Shown here one piece after another: positions 9,222 through 18,568 of a stretch of DNA of 64,000 nt. Numbering within the stretch: position 1 is the first letter of the stretch; each line of letters opens with the position of its first letter. The position numbers were made by a program, and so were the translations under genes. Source of the DNA: a bacterium (GTDB taxonomy: Bacteria; UBA8248); the NCBI GenBank assembly GCA_965213685.1, contig CBDBZY010000029.1, forward strand, positions 1-64,000, read 5' to 3'. The notes below the pieces were generated by a model. That model was not told the DNA's origin and ran no database searches. It saw only the letters and a list, made by a program, of their open reading frames with translations.

Positions 9222-10214
9222 ATGAAAAACAACATCCTCGAAGCCATCGGCAACACGCCGATCGTGAGGCTCAATTCCATCGGCTCCGAGCTGGAGTCGG
9301 AGATATTCGTCAAAATAGAATACATGAACCCCGGCCTGTCGGTAAAAGATCGCATCGCTCCGCTCATCGTCGAGGACGCCGAGAGAAGGGGCGCCCTCCA
9401 GCCGGGCGGAACGATTGTCGAGGCCACCTCCGGCAACACCGGCGCCGGACTGGCCATGGTCGCCGCCATCAAGGGGTATCGGTGCATTTTCGTGATGCCC
9501 GACAAGATGAGCCAGGAGAAAAGGGACAGGTTGCGCGCATATGGCGCCGAAGTGATCGTCACGCCGACGCGCGTGGCCCTGGACGACCCGAGAAGCCACT
9601 ACTGCGTCGCGCGCAGGCTGGTGGAGGAGACGCCCAATTCCATTCTGGCGAACCAGTACAACAATCCGAACAATCCGGAGTCCCACTACCGCACGACGGG
9701 CCCGGAGATTTGGGAGCAGACGGGAGGCCGTTTCGACTCCTTCGTGACGGGCCTGGGCACCGGCGGCACCATCTCGGGGACGGGCAGATTCCTCAAGGAA
9801 AAAAACGCCGACATCCAAATCATCGGCGTGGACCCCATCGGCTCGATTCTGTACGACCTCTTTCACGGCAAAACGGACCCCCCGGCGGCATCCTACAAGA
9901 CGGAGGGAATCGGGGAGAGCTTCAAGCCGGCGACGCTGAGTTTCGAGAACATAGACAAAGTCGTCCAGGTCACCGACAAGGAGACGCTCCGGATGACGCG
10001 GAGGCTGGCCAGAGAGGAGGGCATCCTGGCGGGCGGCTCGGCGGGCGGGGCGGTCGCCGGCGCCCTCCGGTACGCGCAATCCCTCGAAAAACCGGAGCGG
10101 ATCGTCACCCTGCTGCCGGATTCCGGCATGTTCTACCTCAGCAAGATATTCTCGGACGAATGGATGGCGGCCAACTCGTTCCTGGATGACGGGGAGACCG
10201 TGAAGGCGCCGTGA
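9222..10214 (+). CDS. PLP-dependent cystathionine beta-synthase / cysteine synthase family protein (no CBS regulatory domain)
   Basis: IGNTP, KIEYMNPGLSVKDR, EATSGNTG, NQYNNPNN and GTGGT motifs; adjacent to a cystathionine gamma-lyase. Confidence 0.9.
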   Translation: MKNNILEAIGNTPIVRLNSIGSELESEIFVKIEYMNPGLSVKDRIAPLIVEDAERRGALQPGGTIVEATSGNTGAGLAMVAAIKGYRCIFVMPDKMSQEKRDRLRAYGAEVIVTPTRVALDDPRSHYCVARRLVEETPNSILANQYNNPNNPESHYRTTGPEIWEQTGGRFDSFVTGLGTGGTISGTGRFLKEKNADIQIIGVDPIGSILYDLFHGKTDPPAASYKTEGIGESFKPATLSFENIDKVVQVTDKETLRMTRRLAREEGILAGGSAGGAVAGALRYAQSLEKPERIVTLLPDSGMFYLSKIFSDEWMAANSFLDDGETVKAP

Positions 10215-10328
10215 AGCCATGAAATTCCCGCCAAGAAAAACGCAGCCGCCTCCCCCGGCGGGACGCGCCGCACAGCGGGCGTGCCCCCGGGTACCGGCGA
10301 CCTCCCCCCATCACCCCCTGGGAGCGAA

Positions 10329-11507
10329 ATGAAAATATCGACCAGAGCGATTCACGTCGGAAAGGAGCCGAACGAACTCACCGGCGCCGTGAAGCCGGAC
10401 ATCTGCCTCAGCAGCACGTTCAGGCAGAATACGCCCGGGGAGCCCGTCGGCGATTTTGAATACTCGCGCTCGGGCAATCCGACGCGCCAGGCACTCGAGA
10501 GGAACATCGCCAGCCTGGAGTGCCCGGAGGCGTGGGATGCGGAATGCCACGGACTGGCGTTTTCCTCAGGCCTGGGCGCCAGCAGCACCATCCTCTTCTC
10601 GCTCCTCTCCCACGGCGATCACATGCTCTGCTCGGACGACGTGTACGGCGGAACGTTTCGCCTCATCACGGGCAAGGATTTTCGCGGTTTCGAGAAATTC
10701 GGCATCCAGTGCGACTACGTGGACATGGCCGACGAGGAATCCCTCGCCGGCAAGGTGCGGGAGAACACGAAACTCATCTGGATAGAGAGCCCCACGAACC
10801 CGCTCCTGAAGATGGCCGACATCCGCAGCATCGCCGCCGCCTTTGGAGGGGACGGCGCCATCGTCGCCGTGGACAACACCTTCATGAGCCCCTACTTTCA
10901 AAAGCCGCTCGCCCTGGGTGCGGACGTCGCCGTTCACAGCACGACGAAATACATCGGCGGGCACAGCGACGTCGTCGGCGGCGCTCTCGTGACGAAGAGC
11001 GAAACCCTCCATGAGCGCATCCGGCACTACCAGAACGCGCTCGGAGCGACACCCTCCCCGTTTGACTGCTACATGGCGATGCGGGGCATCGACACCCTCC
11101 CCGTACGTATGGAGAAGCACCAGGCGAACGCCCTGGAAATCGCCAGGTTTCTGGAGGGACACGCCCGGGTGGAGAAGGTGATCTATCCGGGGCTGGCGTC
11201 TCACCCACAGCACGCGCTGGCCAAAGCGCAGATGAGCGGCTTCGGGGGCATGGTGGCGTTTTATCTCCAAGGCGGGCTGACCGAGGCGCGAAGGTTCCTG
11301 GAGAACGTTCGCATATTCACCCTGGCGGAGAGCCTGGGGGGCACCGAATCCCTGGTGGAACACCCCGCCATCATGACCCACGCCTCCCTCACCGAGGAGA
11401 GCAGGGAGGCGCTCGGCATCAGCGACACCCTGATTCGGCTATCCGTGGGAATCGAGGACGCAGGGGATTTGCTCGAGGACCTCGAAGGCGCGCTGGGGAA
11501 ATCCTAG
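10329..11507 (+). CDS. Cystathionine gamma-lyase / gamma-synthase
   Basis: EYSRSGNPTR, DDVYGGT, ESPTNP, DNTF, HSTTKYIGGHSD and AESLGG motifs; ATG 10329 follows GGAG. Confidence 0.93.
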   Translation: MKISTRAIHVGKEPNELTGAVKPDICLSSTFRQNTPGEPVGDFEYSRSGNPTRQALERNIASLECPEAWDAECHGLAFSSGLGASSTILFSLLSHGDHMLCSDDVYGGTFRLITGKDFRGFEKFGIQCDYVDMADEESLAGKVRENTKLIWIESPTNPLLKMADIRSIAAAFGGDGAIVAVDNTFMSPYFQKPLALGADVAVHSTTKYIGGHSDVVGGALVTKSETLHERIRHYQNALGATPSPFDCYMAMRGIDTLPVRMEKHQANALEIARFLEGHARVEKVIYPGLASHPQHALAKAQMSGFGGMVAFYLQGGLTEARRFLENVRIFTLAESLGGTESLVEHPAIMTHASLTEESREALGISDTLIRLSVGIEDAGDLLEDLEGALGKS

Positions 11508-11562
11508 GGGCTTCGCCGGGAGGGAGAAAGCGACCATCCCCCGGACGCTCCCGACCGTCCCT

Positions 11563-11680
11563 TCCGCATCCTGCGCGCGGGCTACATCATGAAATACCTT
11601 CTCCGGAGGGGGGCTCAACGCTGAGGCGCGATGACGAGCTCCGCATCCTGCGCACGAGCTACATTACATGAAATACCTTC
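11563..11680. repeat. Imperfect direct repeat (39 and 41 nt) duplicating the msrP 3' end
   Basis: TCCGCATCCTGCGCGCGGGCTACATCATGAAATACCTTC (11563-11601) versus TCCGCATCCTGCGCACGAGCTACATTACATGAAATACCTTC (11640-11680). Confidence 0.85.
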
Positions 11681-12638
11681 GGTCGCTCATGTCCGGATAC
11701 ATGGCGCCCACCCACTTCGCATAGCCGTTGAACAGGAGCGTCGGCCTTCTCTCTTCCGTCCCCAGCATGCGCTCGGAGGCCTGCGACCATCTCGGATGAT
11801 GAAACTTGGGGTTGACGTTGGCCCAGAAGCCGTATTCGCTGGGGGCGAGCTGCTCCCAGAACGTGCGGGGCCTCTTGTCGGTAAATTCGATGGACACGAT
11901 GGATTTCACATTCTTGAACCCATACTTCCAGGGCGCCACCAACCGCAGGGGCGCGCCATGCTGCTGCGGCAGCGGATGCCCGTAAATGCCCGTCCCCATT
12001 ATCGCCAGCTCATTCATGGCCTCCTTCATGGTGAGGGCTTCCACATAGGGCCACGGGTACCAGACCCGCAACTGCCCGAGTGCTATCTTGCGGTTGAGGA
12101 ACGTGGAGAACTTGACGTATTTCGCCTTGCTCGTGGGCTCCACCTTTCGGATCAGCTCCGAAATCCGAAAACCCGTCCAGGGCACGGCCATCGCCCAGGC
12201 CTCCACGCAGCGGAAGCGGTAGAGGCGCTCCTCCAGCCTCATGCCCTTGATCAACCCGTCAATATCGTAGGTTTTCGGCTTTTTGACGTGCCCGGTCACC
12301 TCCACCTGCCAGGGGCGCGTCTTCATGCGCTTGGCCAGCCAGGCGATTCCCTTCGTCGCGCCAAATTCATAAAAATTGTTGTACTCCGCCGCCACCTTCT
12401 CATCCGTCATGGGCCGATCCAGGACAAACGCGGGGTTTCTGGACGCCGGATACAGACCCACCGTCTGATCCTCGGGGTATAGGCCCGCTTCTTTCGCCTG
12501 GGCGAGGGAGGGCGTCGCCATCTGGCTCACCATGGCGCCCAGGCCGCCCGCCATGAAAGAGCGGCGGCTGAGAAATGCGGATTCCGGCGTCGCTTCGCGA
12601 TCCGGCATCGACCATTCGGGCTTTTTGATATAACGCAT
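11664..12638 (-). CDS. msrP: Protein-methionine-sulfoxide reductase catalytic subunit MsrP (YedY)
   Basis: Tat motif SRRSFM; YNNFYEFG, RFRCVEAW (Mo-ligand Cys), HGAPLRLVAPWKYGFK, EYGFWANVNP and HPRWSQASER motifs. Confidence 0.96.
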   Translation of the reverse strand: MRYIKKPEWSMPDREATPESAFLSRRSFMAGGLGAMVSQMATPSLAQAKEAGLYPEDQTVGLYPASRNPAFVLDRPMTDEKVAAEYNNFYEFGATKGIAWLAKRMKTRPWQVEVTGHVKKPKTYDIDGLIKGMRLEERLYRFRCVEAWAMAVPWTGFRISELIRKVEPTSKAKYVKFSTFLNRKIALGQLRVWYPWPYVEALTMKEAMNELAIMGTGIYGHPLPQQHGAPLRLVAPWKYGFKNVKSIVSIEFTDKRPRTFWEQLAPSEYGFWANVNPKFHHPRWSQASERMLGTEERRPTLLFNGYAKWVGAMYPDMSDRRYFM

Positions 12639-12940
12639 CGTCATATCCCCTTCTCGGATGAGGGCTGGGGCCGCGCTCGCCGCCGCCGACGCGCGGGACA
12701 ACCAAACAAATCCTTGTTCCCCGGCGGATTCTCCTTCCATCATGCCGCATGCGAATATATCATATCGTCCGCTCCGTTGGCCGCGAAACCGGCGAGAGCG
12801 TCCAACTTTCGTCCAACTTTAAGGAATCTTTACGGACCAGAGGCGGGTTGCGGACGTTCGGATGCGCCGCATCGGCGCGTCCCGCGCACCGCACGCCCCC
12901 CCTCCCGAAAAAACCGTCATCCGATCGAGGAGACCCCCCC

Positions 12941-13999
12941 ATGCCCGAGGCGCGCTACCCCGTCGAACGCCTGGAGAATTTCATACGCGCCGCACTGGCG
13001 GCACAGGGCGCGCTCGAGGATCACGCGCGCATCTGCGCGAGCCGCATGATCGAGGCGGACCTCCACGGGATGCACGGCCACGGCATATTCAGGCTCCCCC
13101 CCTATTGCCGCAGAATCCGCGAGGGAGGCTACAACCTCAGACCCTGCATACGCGCGGAGCGCGAAACTCCCGTGAGCGCGCTGATCGACGGGGACAACGG
13201 CTTCGGGCAGGTGGTCGTGACGTTCGCGGCGGAGCTCGCCATCCGGAAGGCGAAAGAGAGCGGTCTGGCGTGGATCGGGATTCATCACGGAAACCACGCC
13301 GGCGCAGCGGGGGTCTATGCCGCCATGCCCCTCGCGCATGACATGATCGGGATGTACATGGCCGTCGCCAACGCCAATCACATGCCCCCCTGGGGCGGCG
13401 TCGACATGCTCCTGAGCACCAACCCCGTCGCCTACGCCATTCCCGCGGGCGAGGAGGCGCCCTTCGTTCTCGACATGGCCACGACGGAGACGTCCTACGG
13501 AAAGGTGAAAGTCTATGCCCAGGAGGGAAAGCCGATGCCCGAGGGATGGATGATGACCAGGGACGGCAAGTCGCTCACGGACGCCTCGCGCGCCGAGGAG
13601 GGATTTTTGCTGCCCATCGGAGGCCACAAGGGCTACGGACTCAACATGGTGATCGGCGCACTCGCCGGGGTGCTCAACGGCGCGGCCTTCGGCTCGGACG
13701 TCGTGGACTTCAACAAGGACTTTCAGACGCCCACGAACACAGGGCAGGCCTTCTTCGCCATGCGGCCAGACATTTTTCGGGAACTGGACGACTTCAAGTC
13801 CGAGATGGACCGGAGGCTTCGCGAGATCAAGCGCTCCACCCCCATGCAGGGCGGAGGCCCCATCCGGGTTCCCGGCGCGGGGCTGGCGCGCAGAAAAGAG
13901 GAGATGCGCCGAAACGGCGTCCCCGTCGCCCTCCCCGTCATCGAACAGCTGCGGGAGCTGGCTGACCGACTCGGGCTCGAGGACAGGCTCATCCCCTAG
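12941..13999 (+). CDS. Ldh_2-family (malate/L-sulfolactate/ureidoglycolate-type) NAD(P)-dependent oxidoreductase
   Basis: ADLHGMHGHG, DGDNGFG, NHAGA, TNPVAYA, DMATT and GGHKGYGL motifs; RBS GAGGAG before ATG 12941. Confidence 0.92.
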   Translation: MPEARYPVERLENFIRAALAAQGALEDHARICASRMIEADLHGMHGHGIFRLPPYCRRIREGGYNLRPCIRAERETPVSALIDGDNGFGQVVVTFAAELAIRKAKESGLAWIGIHHGNHAGAAGVYAAMPLAHDMIGMYMAVANANHMPPWGGVDMLLSTNPVAYAIPAGEEAPFVLDMATTETSYGKVKVYAQEGKPMPEGWMMTRDGKSLTDASRAEEGFLLPIGGHKGYGLNMVIGALAGVLNGAAFGSDVVDFNKDFQTPTNTGQAFFAMRPDIFRELDDFKSEMDRRLREIKRSTPMQGGGPIRVPGAGLARRKEEMRRNGVPVALPVIEQLRELADRLGLEDRLIP

Positions 14000-14077
14000 C
14001 CGGCCCTCGCCGCCCCCCTAGCGGAAAAGCGCCCCCGCGCCTGAGGCGGAGAAGCGCTGATTCCGCCGCACATCCGC

Positions 14078-15316
14078 TCAATCCTGGATGATCAGCTCCT
14101 CGCAATAGGGAGCGCGCGTCATGTAGACGGGCGCGTCGTCGGTGATCAGCACATGATCCTCGATGCGCACGCCCGCTCCGCCGGGAATCCCCGGCACGAA
14201 TATCAACGGCTCGATGGCGAACGTCATCCCCGGTGCGAACTCCACGCTCTCTGCCCCGGGCATCACCTCCCCCACATAGGGAGGCTCATTGGGAGATATG
14301 CCGCAGCCGTGCCCGATGAAGAGCTTGATGAAATTGTCCTCCAGGCCCGCCGACCGGGCCACCTCCAGGAACTCCGCCGCCGATTCTTCGTTCGTGTATC
14401 CGGGGCGCATCTTGTCGATTCCCGCCCTGAGCGCCTTGTAGACGGTCGTGTACACCTTCCGCTGCATGGGATGGGGCGGGCCGCCCGCAATCTTCGCGCG
14501 CCCGCAGTCGCCGAAATACCCGTTCCAGCAGGCGCCGATGTCGATGAAGACGATGTCGCCGTTCCGGATGATCTTGTCGGTGGGAAAGCGCGTCGGCGGC
14601 GCCATGTGCTCGCCCGAGGCCACGAACGGCGACGCCAGATGCCCGAACTCCCCGCCGTGGGTGAAGAGCGTCTTCATGGCTTCGGCGGCCACGTCGAACT
14701 CGCGCACGCCCGGGACGGCGTGATTCAGCGCCGTGATGGTCACGGCGTCCGCAATCGCGCACGCCTGCTGCAGGCAGGCGACCTCATCCGGCGTTTTCTG
14801 AATCCGGCTCATGTACATGAACCGCTCCCCGTCCACGAACGTGGCCTCCGGAAAATATTTTTCGATCATCGCCCGCTGGGTGAACGTATGGCCATCCAGG
14901 CCGATCACGCCGCCGGAGACCCCCCAGTCGTCGAACCGCTTCTTGATGTCGCTCCCCACCGTGTGCTCCACGAGGCCCGGCTCCTCCAGGATGCCGATGG
15001 GCACGTAATCGTCGATCCAGGGCATGCACTCCTCGATCCGGTGGGCCTCGCCGCTCGAGGCCAGGAGCGTCGGGGCGCCCTCCTGTCCGAGCAGCACGCC
15101 GTAGGTGGTGGAAGATCGGTACTGAATCATGATGACGCGCGCACTGGTCAGATAGCGCACGTTCTCATCCTTCCAGAGGATGAGGGCGTCGATGCCCCGC
15201 TCCTTCATCGCCGCCTGGGTCTTCGCAACGCGCTCCCTGCGCATCCGGTCCATGTCTATCCGATGTTCCCAGTCCACCATCATCGAGCCGCGCGCCCATG
15301 TGGGATAATCCGTCAT
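14078..15316 (-). CDS. M24 (Xaa-Pro peptidase/creatinase-like) metallohydrolase
   Basis: Pita-bread ligands IDIG, YFGD, GHG, IEP and RIED; N-terminal creatinase-like domain (ENVRYLT); RBS AGGAGG. Confidence 0.9.
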   Translation of the reverse strand: MTDYPTWARGSMMVDWEHRIDMDRMRRERVAKTQAAMKERGIDALILWKDENVRYLTSARVIMIQYRSSTTYGVLLGQEGAPTLLASSGEAHRIEECMPWIDDYVPIGILEEPGLVEHTVGSDIKKRFDDWGVSGGVIGLDGHTFTQRAMIEKYFPEATFVDGERFMYMSRIQKTPDEVACLQQACAIADAVTITALNHAVPGVREFDVAAEAMKTLFTHGGEFGHLASPFVASGEHMAPPTRFPTDKIIRNGDIVFIDIGACWNGYFGDCGRAKIAGGPPHPMQRKVYTTVYKALRAGIDKMRPGYTNEESAAEFLEVARSAGLEDNFIKLFIGHGCGISPNEPPYVGEVMPGAESVEFAPGMTFAIEPLIFVPGIPGGAGVRIEDHVLITDDAPVYMTRAPYCEELIIQD

Positions 15317-15394
15317 TACGCACTCCTCCTGATACCCGTAAAACCGAAACCAGAAGGGTTCCGGCCCCAAATATCCAGTTCGCCATCGGGCACC

Positions 15395-15534
15395 TGTATA
15401 TGAAATTTCGTGGCGACGTGTCAAGAAAACGCCGGGCGCGCCGACGCAAAAGCGATAAGAGGAAGGCGCACCGGAAAAATAACCCATCCCCTCCTCCCCC
15501 TCCGTTTGACTTCCCGCCCCGGCATCGCTACTTT
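15395..15534. promoter_or_regulatory. Divergent sigma70-like promoters between the M24 peptidase and crotonase genes
   Basis: Minus strand: TTGACA(15424-15419)-18-TATACA. Plus strand: TTGACT(15506)-17-TACTTT. Confidence 0.45.
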
Positions 15535-15593
15535 CGGCCCAACGGATACGCGGATACGCATCGTCGAGTGAACGAAGCGCGGAGAATCCCCCG

Positions 15594-16361
15594 ATGAGCC
15601 TCATCCTCTACGACGTGCAGGACAAAATCGCCACCATCACCCTGAACCGGCCCGAGAAACTCAACGCCTACAACGAGGAGATGGTGGGCGACCTGTATGA
15701 CGCCTGGCAAAAATTCGCCAGGGACGGGGACGCGTGGACGGCCATCGTCACCGGCGCGGGCGATCGCGCGTTCTGCGCGGGCCATGACCTCGCCATGATC
15801 GTGGAGAGCGAAGGCCAGTACAAGGATCACGACGCGCCCACGATGTGGTATGGCGAACTCGAGATTTACAAGCCCATCATCGCCGCGGTGAACGGCTACG
15901 CCTTCGGCGGGGGGTGTTCGCTGGCGTTGTCCTGCGACATCCGCATCGCCTCGGAAAACGCCGTCTTCGGCTACCCGCAGCCCAGGTATGGCGCGATGAG
16001 CCTGGGCGGACACCAGCGGTTGCCCAAGACCATACCGCCCGGCATCGCCATGGAGTTCATGCTGACCGGCAGAAACATCCCCGCGGAGGAGGCCGCGCGC
16101 TGGGGCATGGTGAACAAGGTCGTCCCCCGGGAGGGGCTAATGCGCGAGGCGCGCGACATGGCCGCCCGCATCAACGAGAACGCACCCCTGTCCGTCCGGC
16201 ACACGAAAGAGGCCCTGCTCAAGGGACTGCGAACGCCCGACGTGCGCGAGGGCATCAGCATGGCCAAGCTCATCAGCTACCGCCTGCAGACGTCCGAGGA
16301 CACGAAAGAGGGACTGGCGGCCTTCCAGGAGAAAAGAAAACCCCACTGGCGGGGCCGCTAG
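15594..16361 (+). CDS. Enoyl-CoA hydratase/isomerase (crotonase) family protein
   Basis: TLNRPEKLNA, AFCAGHDL, KPIIAAVNGYAFGGG and AFQEKRKP motifs. Confidence 0.93.
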   Translation: MSLILYDVQDKIATITLNRPEKLNAYNEEMVGDLYDAWQKFARDGDAWTAIVTGAGDRAFCAGHDLAMIVESEGQYKDHDAPTMWYGELEIYKPIIAAVNGYAFGGGCSLALSCDIRIASENAVFGYPQPRYGAMSLGGHQRLPKTIPPGIAMEFMLTGRNIPAEEAARWGMVNKVVPREGLMREARDMAARINENAPLSVRHTKEALLKGLRTPDVREGISMAKLISYRLQTSEDTKEGLAAFQEKRKPHWRGR

Positions 16362-16457
16362 AGGCCCATCGGCGCGCGGAGGTGAGCGAGCGGGCCGCGC
16401 CCGCGCCGCCGCCCCCTCCCCCCCCCTGGAAACAGCGTATCGTCAAGGAGCCAACGG

Positions 16458-17498
16458 ATGATGAATGATTCTCCCAAAATCGGCATGGCCTTCATCGGGC
16501 TCGGCTGGTGGGGTGCCGTGCTTGCGGACGCCGCTCTCGCGTCCGGGAAGGTGCGGGTGACCGGCGGCTTCGCCCGCACGCCCTCCTCCCGCGAGGAGTT
16601 CGTCGCCCGATACGGCGGCAGGAACTTCGCCTCCCTGGACGAGTTGTGGGCGGACCCGGAGACGGACGCCGTCGTCATCGCCACGGCGAACTCCGCCCAC
16701 AAGGGAATCGCCGTCGCCGCCGCCCGCGCGGGCAAGCACGTGCACCTGGAAAAGCCCATGGCGCTGAGCGTCAGCGACGCGAAGGCCATCGAGCAGGCGT
16801 GCGCGGATGGCGGGGTGAAGCTACACATGGGGCAGAACTTCCGGCGCTGGCCGATGTTCCGGAAGGCGAAAGAAATCGTGGAGGCGGGGGATTTGGGGCT
16901 GGTGAACTATGCGGTCGCCACGTTCTCCAACAACCACGGCCTCACCGCGGGGCCGAAGAGCATGAGATGGGACGCGACGGAGAACCCGGGCGGCCCGCTC
17001 TACAGCTACACCATCCACCTCGGGGACGTGATGGAGTATCTGTTCGGCGACGTGGCCGAGGTGAGCGCATCATGCGCCAAGGTGGGAGGCCCCAACCCAC
17101 AGGAGGACGCTGCCGCCGCCATCCTGCGCTTCGAGAGCGGCCTCCTCGGCACCATCTCCGGCAGCTACCTGGCGCCGTTTCATTTCGCCTTCGACGTCCA
17201 GGGCACGGAGGCGAACCTCAGCCTCACCACGACCGAAGCCCCTGTCCTCAAGCGGCCGGTCGACATGATGGGCGGCGTGGAGACGCAAACCGTGGCGCTC
17301 GACCATGACCTGGTGGAGGGGAGGCTCCTGGCCAACCGCGAGCAGTTCGACGATTTGGTCGGCGCGATTCGCGAGGACAGGGAGCCGGAGGTCACCGGGC
17401 GGCACGGCATCCGGGCGCTCGCCATCATGCGGGCGATTCTGAAAAGCAGCGCCGAGCGGCGGATCGTGACGATCCGGGAGATTCTCGAGACGGACTAG
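16458..17498 (+). CDS. Gfo/Idh/MocA family oxidoreductase
   Basis: IGLGWWG Rossmann motif, AGKHVHLEKPMA, GQNFRR and GGPL..IH motifs. Confidence 0.92.
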   Translation: MMNDSPKIGMAFIGLGWWGAVLADAALASGKVRVTGGFARTPSSREEFVARYGGRNFASLDELWADPETDAVVIATANSAHKGIAVAAARAGKHVHLEKPMALSVSDAKAIEQACADGGVKLHMGQNFRRWPMFRKAKEIVEAGDLGLVNYAVATFSNNHGLTAGPKSMRWDATENPGGPLYSYTIHLGDVMEYLFGDVAEVSASCAKVGGPNPQEDAAAAILRFESGLLGTISGSYLAPFHFAFDVQGTEANLSLTTTEAPVLKRPVDMMGGVETQTVALDHDLVEGRLLANREQFDDLVGAIREDREPEVTGRHGIRALAIMRAILKSSAERRIVTIREILETD

Positions 17499-17769
17499 GC
17501 CCCCCGGGAGCGGCGCGCGCCAGGGGCGTCCGATTCTCCTGCAATGCCCGAACCGGCTGCCCGCCGCGCAGCCGTTCTCGCGCACTCCCCCCGGGAGCGG
17601 CCCCGGATGGGCGGGCGACGCCCCGGGCCGGGTTTCGCGCACTGCCGCGCACCGCAGGACGCCGCGACGGACAGGAAGGTTGTCTTTCATCCGGCTATCG
17701 GGTAAGAAGGACGTATCGAAAACGCACCCATTCCCTTGTCCAGCGTCCAGCCTAGAGGAGTGCTTTCCC

Positions 17770-18462
17770 ATGCGGCCAGCCAACGATTTCGCCCGAAAAC
17801 CTTGGGGACCGATGGCGGGTTTCTGGTCCTGGCAATACCTGAACCTCTGGAAGACCGTCAAACTCGTCACCAGCAAGCGCGTGAAGCGTTTCTACGACAA
17901 GTTCCGGAAGATTTTCCCGCCGGGCAGCCCCTTTCCCGACTTTGCGCTCCGGGACATTCACGGCAAGACCCACCGCATGGAGGACTACCTGGGCAAAAAA
18001 TACGTGGTGCTCACGACCGGTGCCATCACGTGACCTCCCTACAGGCGGCAGGTGCCGTTTTATGAGGAGCTGCAGGAGAAATACGCGGAGCGCGACGTCG
18101 CCGTCTTCAACCTCTACGTGCGGGAGCCGCACGCGGGCGAGCGCGGGTTCCCCGAGATACGAAACCACGAGTCCTACGAACACAAGGTGGGCTACGCGCA
18201 GGAGCTGGCCAGAATCAAGAGCATGAAAACCCACATCCTCGTCGACGGGATGGATCAGAAGGTCCACGCCATGCTCGGAGACCTCCCGAACACCATCTGG
18301 CTCATCGGCAAGGACGGCAAGGTGGTCTACAAGTGCACCTGGTCGAACGCCGAGCACGTGGACGCGCACCTGGCGCACATGGTGAATGCGGACCCCGCGT
18401 TCAAGGGAAAGCCGAAGATGGAGCACACCATATTCACGGCCCGCGCCGGCACGGCCATCTAG
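17770..18462 (+). CDS. Selenocysteine-containing iodothyronine deiodinase-like (thioredoxin/peroxiredoxin-fold) protein; TGA 18031-18033 read as Sec (codon 88)
   Basis: ORFs 17680..18033 and 18052..18462 are in the same frame. Read-through gives VVLTTGAIT-U-PPY...NLYVREPH...EIRNH...ILVDGMD...LPN...GKVVYK. RBS AGAGGAG before ATG 17770; SECIS-like hairpin 3' of the TGA. Confidence 0.85.
18034..18069 (+). promoter_or_regulatory. Bacterial SECIS-like stem-loop
   Basis: Upper stem GGCGGC/GCCGTT closes a G-containing AGGT loop (18050-18053) 16 nt after the TGA; lower stem CTCC/GGAG. Confidence 0.7.
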
Positions 18463-18568
18463 CGGAATCCGCCGACCGGGGGGGGGGCTCCAGCACACAT
18501 GTCGCGTGTCACCCGAGGTAGAGCCCTTTCGATCTCCTGATCATCGCCGCAGTTGAAACGCCGGCCTC

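Noticed and set aside
17500-17760. tRNA-Sec or riboswitch upstream of the selenoprotein
   Set aside because: GC-rich hairpins only; no T-loop/acceptor-stem pattern or riboswitch consensus recognisable.
17680-18462. Two separate small genes, or a nonsense pseudogene
   Set aside because: The stop falls exactly at the catalytic Sec/Cys position and is followed by a SECIS-like hairpin, and the downstream GTG has no clear RBS. Recoding explains it better.
16406-18487. C-rich run near 16411-16426 and G10 run at 18478-18487
   Set aside because: Both are intergenic with no effect on reading frames, and there is no evidence for a function.
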